Shown: piece by piece, positions 10,631 through 19,047 of the stretch
How the letters are laid out: each line of letters begins with the position of its first letter
How positions within the stretch are numbered: position 1 is the first letter of the stretch
From: an uncultured Clostridia bacterium
GTDB lineage: Bacteria > Bacillota > Clostridia > Christensenellales > UBA1242
Reading direction: 5' to 3'
Length of the DNA: 64,000 bases
Assembly: GCA_947591785.1 (NCBI GenBank)
Contig: CANQDK010000008.1
Span: 8,619 to 72,618, forward strand
Notes under the pieces: model-generated
Database searches by the model: none
Told to the model about the DNA's origin: nothing
The model's input: only the letters and a program-made list of their open reading frames with translations
Made by a program: the position numbers and the translations under genes

Positions 10631-10842
10631 TTTTCCTCCTTACAAAATCCATATTATGTGAATTTTGTAAAATTGTGAAGTTACAAATTTCAGACTAATG
10701 AGTTTTTACTGTTTATTTAACAAATTTTTGATGACTAAAGTTTAGTTTAAGTTTGACTTGTTTGCAAAATACTTTGATTTTTGATTATTTTTGTGTTATT
10801 ATAATAATTAATTAGATAAAAATTAGGACAAAGGTGAAAATT

Positions 10843-13263
10843 ATGTTAGATAAAAAATATAACGCACAAGAAAAAGAGAAAAAATGGCAAGATTATTGGC
10901 AAGAAAATGACGTTTATAAATTTGATAAAGACAGCAAAAAGCCAATTTATTCAATCGATACTCCGCCACCAACAGTTAATGGAAAAATTCACATGGGGCA
11001 TCTGTCCTCATACACGCATATTGAGGTTGTTGCAAGACATCATAGAATGAAGGGAGAAAATGTCTATTTCCCTTTTGGTTTTGATGATAATGGTTTGCCA
11101 ACTGAAAGATATGTCGAAGAAAAATTTAAGAAAAAAGCACACGAAATGCCAAGGCGTGATTTTGTTGAACTTTGTTTAAAAACTACAAATGAGTTGGAAC
11201 AAGAATTCCATGCTTTATATAAGGGGGCAGGATTTTCCTGTAATTTGTCAGAAAATTATTCTTCCATTTCAAAAAGATCTCAAGAAATTTCACAAAAATC
11301 ATTTCTTGAACTTTATAAGAAGGGTTATATCTATCACGCAGAAGCTCCTGCACTTTGGTGTACTGAATGTCAAACTGCTGTTGCTCAAAGTGAACTTGAA
11401 AATCAAGATTTGCCAAGCACATTCAACTATTTGAAATTTTTTATTGAGGGCAGTGATGAATTTATCGTTGTTGCAACAACAAGGCCTGAAATGCTGCCAG
11501 CTTGTGATTGTGTTTTTATAAATCCAAAAGACAAAAAAAATGCTCATTTGGTTGGGAAAAATTTGATTGTTCCTCTCTTTAATTTTGCAGTGCCTGTCTT
11601 AACAGATGAACTTGTTGACATGGAAAAGGGCAGTGGTGTTGTTATGTGCTGTACATTTGGTGACACCGTTGATAAAGAATGGCAAAGAAAACATAATCTT
11701 CCAATCAAAGAAGCTTTCACAAACTCTGGAAGAATGACGGCTATTGCTGGCGAATTTGAAGGAATGAAAATTAAAGATGCAAGAAAGGCTGTTATTGAAA
11801 AATTGCAAAATCTTGGACTTTTGATTAAACAAGAAGAACTTGTTCATGCTGTTTCTACACATGAAAGATGTGGAACACCAATTGAAATTGTTGTAAAAAA
11901 ACAATGGTTTATTGATGTGCTTTCTCACAAAAACGAAATCTATAATGCAGGTTTGAAACTTCATTGGCATCCAGAAAATATGCGTGCAAGATTCTTAAAT
12001 TGGGTTGAAAATTTGCAATGGAATTGGTGTATTTCAAGACAAAGATATTTTGGAGTTCCGTTCCCTGTTTGGTATTGCAAAAACTGTGGAAAAGTTTTTA
12101 TGGCAGATGAAAAAGACTTGCCAGTTGACCCTCTATCAACATCACCAAAACAAAAATGTGAATGTGGCTGTTGTGAATTTGTTCCTGAAACAGATGTTAT
12201 GGACACATGGGCAACAAGCAGTTTAACACCTCAGTTGTGTTGCGACCTTTTGACTGGAAAAGGGCTTGATGACTCAATGAGTCCAATGAATCTAAGACCA
12301 AATGCACATGACAACATTCGTGTGTGGGATTTCTATACTGTTGTGAAAAGCTTGTATCATTTTGGAAAACTTCCATGGAATGATGTTATGATTTCTGGCT
12401 ATGTGACAAGCTCAAATGGCCAAAAAATTTCAAAGAAAAGTGGAGGTGGAAACAAAAATTCTCCGCAAGAAATAATAAAAGAATATTCTGCAGATGTGAC
12501 AAGATATTGGGCAAGCAATTTGTCACTTGGAAAGGATACTTGTTTTTCTCTTGATGCCTTTGAAGCAGGGAAAAAACTTGCAAACAAAATATGGAATGCA
12601 TCAAAATTTGTGCTTTCGTTTTTGACAGATTATAAACCAAAAAAAATTGAACTTCTTCCAATGGACAAATGGATTTTGGAAAAATATAAAAAGGTTTTCA
12701 AATCTTTTAAAAAGAATTTGGATAGATATGAAATTTCTCTTGCACTAAGCGAAGCAGAAAGATTTTTCTGGGGATTCTGTGATGACTATATTGAACTTGT
12801 TAAACGTAGGCTTTATAATCCAGATGTGTATGGAAAAGAGGCGACAGAAAGTGCAAAATTTGCATCTTATCACATCTTGCTTGGTTTATTGAAAATGTTT
12901 GCACCTTTTATGCCTCATATAACTGAAGAAATTTATCAAGATTATTTTGCAAAAATTGAGGGGCAAAAATCAATACATGTTTCAACATATTTGGACTTAG
13001 GTGAAAAATATGATGAAGAACTTATCAAGCAGGGTGAGGAAGTGATGAAAATTGTCGCTGGTATTCGTCAATTTAAGAGTGAAAACAAATTATCACTGAA
13101 AACATTTATTGATAAAATGACTGTGACTTCAAAATATAGCGATTTTATTAGGTTATGTGAAGTTGACATAAAGGCAGTTGGTTCAATCAATAATTTACAA
13201 ACAAAGAATGGTGAATTCTCTTTAGCTTTTGAGGGAATTATTGAAGAAACAGTAGAGCAATAA
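10843..13263 (+). CDS. valS: Valine--tRNA ligase, archaeal-like (type 2) form
   Basis: IDTPPPTVNGKIHMGH (HIGH) followed by RMKGENVYFPFGFDDNGLPTE, a Cys-rich Zn knuckle (CKNCG...CECGCC), and the KMSKS variant KISKKS. About 800 aa with no C-terminal coiled coil. ATG 10843 follows the AAAGGTGA SD. Confidence 0.75.
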   Translation: MLDKKYNAQEKEKKWQDYWQENDVYKFDKDSKKPIYSIDTPPPTVNGKIHMGHLSSYTHIEVVARHHRMKGENVYFPFGFDDNGLPTERYVEEKFKKKAHEMPRRDFVELCLKTTNELEQEFHALYKGAGFSCNLSENYSSISKRSQEISQKSFLELYKKGYIYHAEAPALWCTECQTAVAQSELENQDLPSTFNYLKFFIEGSDEFIVVATTRPEMLPACDCVFINPKDKKNAHLVGKNLIVPLFNFAVPVLTDELVDMEKGSGVVMCCTFGDTVDKEWQRKHNLPIKEAFTNSGRMTAIAGEFEGMKIKDARKAVIEKLQNLGLLIKQEELVHAVSTHERCGTPIEIVVKKQWFIDVLSHKNEIYNAGLKLHWHPENMRARFLNWVENLQWNWCISRQRYFGVPFPVWYCKNCGKVFMADEKDLPVDPLSTSPKQKCECGCCEFVPETDVMDTWATSSLTPQLCCDLLTGKGLDDSMSPMNLRPNAHDNIRVWDFYTVVKSLYHFGKLPWNDVMISGYVTSSNGQKISKKSGGGNKNSPQEIIKEYSADVTRYWASNLSLGKDTCFSLDAFEAGKKLANKIWNASKFVLSFLTDYKPKKIELLPMDKWILEKYKKVFKSFKKNLDRYEISLALSEAERFFWGFCDDYIELVKRRLYNPDVYGKEATESAKFASYHILLGLLKMFAPFMPHITEEIYQDYFAKIEGQKSIHVSTYLDLGEKYDEELIKQGEEVMKIVAGIRQFKSENKLSLKTFIDKMTVTSKYSDFIRLCEVDIKAVGSINNLQTKNGEFSLAFEGIIEETVEQ

Positions 13264-13270
13264 AAAACGA

Positions 13271-13305
13271 AAAAAAATCAGCAAAAATGCTGATTTTTAT
13301 TTTTT
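13271..13305 (+). terminator. Rho-independent terminator
   Basis: ATCAGC/GCTGAT stem (13277-13282 / 13289-13294) flanked by A- and T-runs. Confidence 0.65.
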
Positions 13306-13386
13306 TATTTAAAAATATTGGAAATTATCATTTTTCTTCATTTAAGTTGATTTTTAGAGATGATTTAAAATCATTCAATTTTATTT

Positions 13387-14337
13387 TCAATGCTCTTTGA
13401 CAACATTATTTTTAATCTTCATAAAGTTCCATTTTGGAATGCTTGCTGCACCTTTATGTCCCCCACCGCCAAATTTTGATGCAATCGCACCAACATCACA
13501 ATCTTCCTTTATACTTCTAAGTGACACGGTTGTCCTGTCTTGAATTGGCATAAGCATAAAGTCAAGTTTTTCACCAAGTGGAAGTGTTTTTAATCTTTCA
13601 CCAATATAATTTTTGAATTTATCTAAAACTTCAACATATCCAGCTTTCTTTCCTTCAAAATTTACAACTTGAATTTTGCTGATATATTCATCTATTTTCT
13701 TTGGGAGTTCAACAGTCATATAATTTTTAAGATAAGCTTTTTCATAATTATTGAACTTAAAAGTTGAATTGTTTTTAACTTTGTCAATCATATACTCAAT
13801 ATATTTTTCTTTGTTTAGCACCGATGCAAAAGAATCAAGCATTTTTGCATCATCTTTCTTCTCGCTATCTTTCCATGTCCATGTATCAAACAGGCGAGTT
13901 AAGTCAACAAATTCATCAAGAGCTTTTGTTTCCTTCAACAAATCATTTTCAACAAGATATTTATAAAAAAGGCTCGTTCCACATTCTTTCATTCCGTTTG
14001 GATTTTTGTCAATTATTTGCACCCAATCAAACTTGTCTTGTTTTCCAATTCTTGTATCATGATGATCAAGGACTTTTATTTTTTCTCTTAAAGATGGGGT
14101 TCTGTCAATCATATTGCAAAGGGCGTATGTTGGACAATGATCTGTGACATAGATTTGTGAGTAATCTTTGAATTGCGTTTCTCCCCATGTATGCACAAAT
14201 TTGTCGTCTAAATCATAGTTGTCTGCAAAGATAACATCAACTTTATCTCCCCAAACAAGTTTTGCTAGAATCGCACATCCATAACCATCAATATCAATTC
14301 CGTGAGTAAAAAGTAAAATTTTTTCATCTTCTGCCAT
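13387..14337 (-). CDS. DHH-family phosphoesterase (DHH/DHHA1)
   Basis: THGIDIDGYG, the DHH motif (LDHHD) and a GGGGH motif near the C-terminus. The start is moved to ATG 14337 (MAEDEK), preceded by GGAGGTG; the upstream 33 codons of the ORF track have no SD. Confidence 0.7.
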   Translation of the reverse strand: MAEDEKILLFTHGIDIDGYGCAILAKLVWGDKVDVIFADNYDLDDKFVHTWGETQFKDYSQIYVTDHCPTYALCNMIDRTPSLREKIKVLDHHDTRIGKQDKFDWVQIIDKNPNGMKECGTSLFYKYLVENDLLKETKALDEFVDLTRLFDTWTWKDSEKKDDAKMLDSFASVLNKEKYIEYMIDKVKNNSTFKFNNYEKAYLKNYMTVELPKKIDEYISKIQVVNFEGKKAGYVEVLDKFKNYIGERLKTLPLGEKLDFMLMPIQDRTTVSLRSIKEDCDVGAIASKFGGGGHKGAASIPKWNFMKIKNNVVKEH

Positions 14338-14624
14338 AAACACCTCCAAAACTAGTGTTATATTAACATAAAATTTTGCTTTTGTCAATACAAAGCCTAA
14401 ATTTAAAGATTGACTTAAATAAAAAAATCCTTTCAAAAAGTAGATTTTTATAGAAAAATATAATTAATCACATTTTTTGGTGCAAGTGTAGGTTGATATA
14501 TTCATAATTCTAAGTTATTTTTTAATTATGGAGAGGCAAGAAATAATAAATTACATTATTTAAAAAGCAAATTTTGAAAGCAAAATAGTTATAAAAAAAT
14601 ACCGAATAGTCAGTATTTACTTAT

Positions 14625-14710
14625 TGGTGCGAGTGGAGGGAGTCGAACCCTCACGGACTTTCATCCTCGGGATTTTAAGTCCCGTGCGTCTACCATTCCG
14701 CCACACTCGC
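14625..14710 (-). tRNA. tRNA-Leu (anticodon TAA), type II with long variable arm, CCA encoded
   Basis: The reverse complement GCGAGTGTGGCGGAATGGTAGACGCACGGGACTTAAAATCCCGAGGATGAAAGTCCGTGAGGGTTCGACTCCCTCCACTCGCACCA folds as a cloverleaf with anticodon loop CTTAAAA. Confidence 0.9.
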
Positions 14711-14850
14711 ATAAATTGGACAATTTGTTGATTTTGAATTTTTTAAGCTAAAAACCATAATATTGGGCGACAAAATATGAAAAATTACAAAATCAAATTC
14801 TCATTGTAATGATTTTAAATTTCCCCAAAAGATAACCTTTGGGGAAATTC

Positions 14851-14925
14851 TGGAGGTACCACCCAGATTTGAACTGGGGAATAAAGGTTTTGCAGACCTT
14901 TGCCTTACCACTTGGCGATGGTACC
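14851..14925 (-). tRNA. tRNA-Cys (anticodon GCA), CCA encoded
   Basis: The reverse complement is GGTACCATCGCCAAGTGGTAAGGCAAAGGTCTGCAAAACCTTTATTCCCCAGTTCAAATCTGGGTGGTACCTCCA. It has anticodon loop CTGCAAA and a canonical TTCAAAT T-loop. Confidence 0.9.
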
Positions 14926-14942
14926 ACTTGAAAGTACAATAA

Positions 14943-14971
14943 AATATAGCACATTCAAGATATAATGTCAA
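14943..14971 (-). promoter_or_regulatory. Sigma-A-type promoter for the tRNA-Cys/tRNA-Leu unit
   Basis: The minus strand reads TTGACA-17 nt-TATATT about 20 nt upstream of tRNA-Cys. Confidence 0.45.
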
Positions 14972-15094
14972 TCATTTTTAAAATTTTGTTTGAGATTTGT
15001 CAAACATTTTTCAGTATTTTTTTTGAAACATTTTTATTTTATAGTATTAAATGATGTGAGTTTATATTATATAAAATTCGTACATATAGGTATT

Positions 15095-15424
15095 TTAATA
15101 ATAATTCTTATCATCATTATCAATAAATTCATTATAACCTTTTTCAAATTGAGTTTGTGAAGTTGGATCGAGTTTAAATAATAAACCAAAAAGTTGGCCA
15201 ACATGCAATTTTTCTTCGTTTACAATGTCAAGTATTGTTGCTTTTGCAGACGAGTCATCTGTCATTTCTATATGTTTTTCGTATTGAATTATTGCATCTA
15301 ATTCACCAATTATATCTTCTCTGCAATTTTGTATTGTTAAAAAATTATTATCGCTTTGCATTAAATTTTCATTTTGAATAGAATTAGTTTTTAAATTATT
15401 GTTATAAGAATTAAAATTTCGCAT
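15095..15424 (-). CDS. Encapsulated-ferritin-like (EncFtn family) small ferritin-fold protein with an Asn-rich N-terminal extension
   Basis: GELDAIIQYEKH...ILDIVNEEKLHVGQLFGLL aligns with the EncFtn signature EELEAVDWY...NxxEExEHxxM (Glu, Tyr and ExxH metal ligands). AAGGAGA SD. Confidence 0.45.
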   Translation of the reverse strand: MRNFNSYNNNLKTNSIQNENLMQSDNNFLTIQNCREDIIGELDAIIQYEKHIEMTDDSSAKATILDIVNEEKLHVGQLFGLLFKLDPTSQTQFEKGYNEFIDNDDKNYY

Positions 15425-15513
15425 ATATTCTCCTTTTTACAAAATCATATATGCGATTTGTAATTTTTTTGAAACAGTCTTTGAGTTGTTTTGTTTTTTT
15501 GAAGTTGTTTATG

Positions 15514-16173
15514 TTATTGCCAATCAATTGGAGTTTTGCCATTTGCTATCAAAAAATTATTTGTTTTTGAAAAATGTTTGCAGCCAAAAAATCCACGGTA
15601 AGCCGACAGAGGACTTGGGTGAGGGGCTTTTAAAACTAAATGTTGTGGGGCTATTAATGGTGCAAAAGCTTGTGCATTTGAACCCCATAAAATAAATACT
15701 ATTGGCTCTTTTCTTGCAGACAGAAGTTTAATAATTTGTTCTGTGAAAATTTCCCAGCCTTTTCCACGATGTGAACCCGCTTGCCCTCTTCTGACAGTAA
15801 GTGATGTGTTGAGAAGCAAAACTCCTTGTTTTGCCCATCGTGTGAGATTTCCTGAATTTTGACACTTTATGCCAAGGTCACTTTCAATTTCTTTAAATAT
15901 ATTCACAAGCGATGGCGGAAGTTCAACTCCATCTTTCACTGAAAATGCCAGTCCATGTGCTTGATTTGGTTCATGATATGGGTCTTGTCCAACAATAACA
16001 ACTTTCACATCTTCATATTTGACAGAATTTATAGCAAAAAAAATATTTTCCATTTCTGGATATATTGTGGTGCGAGAATACTCGTCTTCCAAAAATTTCT
16101 GTAAATCTTTGAAATATTGTTTTTGAAATTCATCAGACAGAAGATTTGCCCAATTTTTAGTTATCTTTAACAT
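15514..16173 (-). CDS. ung: Uracil-DNA glycosylase
   Basis: GQDPYH water-activating loop, the LLLNTSLTV region and the HPSPLSA leucine loop. Confidence 0.95.
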   Translation of the reverse strand: MLKITKNWANLLSDEFQKQYFKDLQKFLEDEYSRTTIYPEMENIFFAINSVKYEDVKVVIVGQDPYHEPNQAHGLAFSVKDGVELPPSLVNIFKEIESDLGIKCQNSGNLTRWAKQGVLLLNTSLTVRRGQAGSHRGKGWEIFTEQIIKLLSARKEPIVFILWGSNAQAFAPLIAPQHLVLKAPHPSPLSAYRGFFGCKHFSKTNNFLIANGKTPIDWQ

Positions 16174-16328
16174 ATTTTTATATTATCATAATTTCACATC
16201 AATGTCAATTCAAAAACACTGTTTTAATAATCAAGTTTCTTATAGTTTTAAAGTTTTAATTTTTATGTTGTTTATTTTAGTTTATTCAAAATTTTTAACT
16301 AATTTTTTACATTTATTGTTTTATTTAT

Positions 16329-16358
16329 TTGACAAGTTGTATTTCTATTTTGTAAAAT
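16329..16358 (+). promoter_or_regulatory. Sigma-A-type promoter
   Basis: TTGACA (16329-16334), 18-nt spacer ending in TG, TAAAAT (16353-16358). Confidence 0.4.
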
Positions 16359-16392
16359 AAAAACAGATTTTTTATAATTTTTGGAGTAAATA

Positions 16393-17571
16393 ATGGATAT
16401 TTTTGAAAAAATGAGAGGTGAACAATTTTATAATATAGTTCGTGAAAAAGGAATCTACCCTTATTTTCACACTCTCACAAGCGGGCAGGACACTGAAGTT
16501 TTAATGGAAGGACACAACACTATCATGATTGGTTCAAACAACTATCTTGGTTTGACATCTGATTCACGTGTTATTGAAGCAGGGGTGAAGGCTCTTAAAA
16601 AATATGGAACTGGAAACAGTGGCTCTCGTTTCTTGAATGGAACTCTTGATATTCATAAGGAATTGGAAGAACGCTTGGCAAAGTTTCTACATAAGGAAGC
16701 TGTTATGACTTTCAGCACTGGTTTCCAGAGTAACCTTGGAATCATTAGTGCTGTTGCAGGTATGCATGATGTTATTCTTTGTGATAAAGAAAACCATGCT
16801 TCAATTTATGATGCTTGCAGACTTTCCTATGGAGAAATGATAAGATATAAGCATAGTGATATGGAAGATTTGGAGAAAAAATTGAAATCCGTGCCTGACA
16901 ATCGAGGAATTTTGATTGTTACTGACGGCGTTTTCAGTATGAGCGGAGAAATTTGCAAACTTCCAGAAATTGTTAAACTTGCAAAGAAATATGGTGCGAG
17001 AATTATGGTTGATGATGCTCACGGACTTGGAGTGCTTGGTAAGCACGGCCGTGGAACAGCAGAATATTTCGGTTTGGAAAATGAAGTTGATATCTATATG
17101 GGAACTTTCTCAAAATCCTTGGCAAGCTTGGGAGGATATATGGCTTCAACGAAGGAAGTTGTGGATTATGTTATGCACACTTCAAGGCCTTATATCTTCA
17201 GTGCGAGCATGACTCCAGCTTCCGTTGCTTGTGCAATTGAAAGTCTGAAAATTTTGGAAGCTGAGCCAGAACGCGTTAAAGCTCTTTTGGATATTTCAGA
17301 CTATATGAGAAAAGGACTGAAAAAACTTGGGGTTCAGTTGATTGACAGTATCACTCCAATTATTCCAATCTATGTTTATGAAGATGAAAAGGCATTTATG
17401 GCTTGCAAACTTCTTTTGGAAAGAGGGGTGTATGTCAATCCAGTTGTTTCTCCTGCAACACCAAAAGGAATGGCTCTTCTTCGCACTTCTTACACAGCAA
17501 CACACACAAAAGAACAAATGGACAGGGCTATGAAAGCCATTAAAGAGGTTTTGGATATTTTGAAAGTTTGA
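16393..17571 (+). CDS. PLP-dependent alpha-oxoamine synthase family enzyme (BioF/Kbl/serine-palmitoyltransferase-like); specific substrate not assignable
   Basis: IMIGSNNYLGLTSD, DDAHGLGVLG and GTFSKSLASLGG (PLP lysine). It stands alone; no bio or tdh genes are adjacent. Confidence 0.85.
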   Translation: MDIFEKMRGEQFYNIVREKGIYPYFHTLTSGQDTEVLMEGHNTIMIGSNNYLGLTSDSRVIEAGVKALKKYGTGNSGSRFLNGTLDIHKELEERLAKFLHKEAVMTFSTGFQSNLGIISAVAGMHDVILCDKENHASIYDACRLSYGEMIRYKHSDMEDLEKKLKSVPDNRGILIVTDGVFSMSGEICKLPEIVKLAKKYGARIMVDDAHGLGVLGKHGRGTAEYFGLENEVDIYMGTFSKSLASLGGYMASTKEVVDYVMHTSRPYIFSASMTPASVACAIESLKILEAEPERVKALLDISDYMRKGLKKLGVQLIDSITPIIPIYVYEDEKAFMACKLLLERGVYVNPVVSPATPKGMALLRTSYTATHTKEQMDRAMKAIKEVLDILKV

Positions 17572-17587
17572 TTTATTTGAAAAAAAT

Positions 17588-17620
17588 AAAGGCTACAAAT
17601 TTGTATGTAGCCTTTTTCTT
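17588..17620. terminator. Bidirectional rho-independent terminator between convergent genes
   Basis: GGCTACA/TGTAGCC stem (17591-17597 / 17606-17612) with an A-run 5' and a T-run 3'. Confidence 0.7.
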
Positions 17621-17642
17621 TTTTATATTTTAAATTATGCTA

Positions 17643-17912
17643 TTATTTAGATTTCTTTGCATTGTCAAGCAATTTTGCAAAGTGTGCTTTCTTTCTGTTT
17701 GCAGAATTTTGGTGAATCACATTTTCTCTTGATGCACTGTCAAGTTTTGCAACCAAAACTCTGTAAGTTTCTTCTGCCTTTGCAACATCTTCTGTGAGTT
17801 CAGATTTGAACTTTTTAATGTAAGTTTTAATTTCTGATTTAACAGAGTTGTTTGCAACACGTCTTTCTCTTTCAATTAAAACTCTTTTCTTTGCTGATTT
17901 GATGTTTGCCAT
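17643..17912 (-). CDS. rpsT: 30S ribosomal protein S20
   Basis: MANIKSAKKRVLIERERRVANNSVKSEIKT. The start is moved to ATG 17912 behind AAGGAGA; the upstream 37 codons of the ORF track are non-coding. Confidence 0.95.
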   Translation of the reverse strand: MANIKSAKKRVLIERERRVANNSVKSEIKTYIKKFKSELTEDVAKAEETYRVLVAKLDSASRENVIHQNSANRKKAHFAKLLDNAKKSK

Positions 17913-18206
17913 TTGATTTCTCCTTGTAAGATTTTCTTTGTTAAATTGCTCAAAACTGAGTCGTTTTAACTGCAACATTTTATTAAACCAGTTTATTATA
18001 GCACAAGAAATTTTAAAAATCAAGTGAAATTATTAAAAAAATAAAAAATATTTGGTTTTGTTATTATAAATTAAGTAAGTTTACATATTTATATGTTTGG
18101 ATTTTTTTCGACATTGTTTATTATTCGTAAAATTACAAAAAGCACAACATTATTTAAATTTTTCGCTAATGAAAATTTTTAGGTGCTTTTTGCATAAATA
18201 ATATTT

Positions 18207-19013
18207 ATGAAAAAAGTTCTTCTTATCGACAGTGGAAGTGGGGGAGTTAATATTCTTAAAGAATGTGTCAAAGTTTGTCCCTATTGTGACTATTTACTTT
18301 TTTGTGACGACAAAAATCTTCCTTATGGTGATAAACCAATTGAAATTTTACAACAAATTGTTCTTAAAAATTTGAAAGATATTCAAAAATTTTTTAAGTT
18401 TGAGATTGTTATTTTGGCTTGTAATACTCTTTCTTGCACTTGTTTGGAGAAAGTTAGAAAGGAGTTCCCTGATACAATTTTTATTGGAGTTGTTCCTGCT
18501 GTTAAGCCTGCTCTTGAAAAGTGGAAACAAAATGAAATTCTTGTGCTTGCAACTGAAAATACTTTGAAAAACAATATTTTGATTAGACAAAATGACAAAC
18601 TTTTGTGCAAAAGTATGCCAAAACTTGCGGGATTAATAGATAAAAATTTGGATAACTTAGATGCTGTTATTCCATATTTACAAGATGAATTATCATCGTT
18701 TTTAAACCAAAAACCGAAAGCGATTGTTCTTGGTTGCACGCACTATCTTTCAGTGAAAAAACAAATTTATGAAATCATAGGAGATGGGGTTGAATTTTTT
18801 GATGGCACAAATGGTGTTGCTCGTAGATTGAAATATTTTGTGCTAAATGAAGATTGTTGTGACAAAAAGCAAAATGAGTATGACAGAAATGAAAATGAAA
18901 AAACACTTCACTGCGAAAAAATTAATCAAACAGCAAACTATCAGGTTCAAATTATCGTAAGTCAAAACCAAAACTTATTACCTATTTTATGGTGGTGGTT
19001 TCAAAACGATTGA
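18207..19013 (+). CDS. murI: Glutamate racemase
   Basis: IDSGSGG, ACNT (catalytic Cys) and GCTHY (second catalytic Cys). Confidence 0.85.
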   Translation: MKKVLLIDSGSGGVNILKECVKVCPYCDYLLFCDDKNLPYGDKPIEILQQIVLKNLKDIQKFFKFEIVILACNTLSCTCLEKVRKEFPDTIFIGVVPAVKPALEKWKQNEILVLATENTLKNNILIRQNDKLLCKSMPKLAGLIDKNLDNLDAVIPYLQDELSSFLNQKPKAIVLGCTHYLSVKKQIYEIIGDGVEFFDGTNGVARRLKYFVLNEDCCDKKQNEYDRNENEKTLHCEKINQTANYQVQIIVSQNQNLLPILWWWFQND

Positions 19014-19047
19014 ATGTTGTCGAATTTATAAAAATGATTATTCTTTA

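Noticed and set aside
10631-10842. Possible T-box riboswitch upstream of valS, or TPP riboswitch upstream of the divergent NMT1/THI5-like binding-protein gene.
   Set aside because: The T-box consensus (AAnnnGGGTGGTACCGCG-like) and the specifier-loop context are absent. The TPP core elements (CTGAGA ... ACCTGA ... GC-rich P1) are also absent on both strands. The region is almost pure A/T apart from promoter and SD elements. The only structure is an 8-bp AT hairpin next to the binding-protein SD.
15095-15424. Encapsulin nanocompartment operon.
   Set aside because: Only the small ferritin-like gene is present. The flanking genes are tRNAs and ung. No HK97-fold shell ORF exists within the window.
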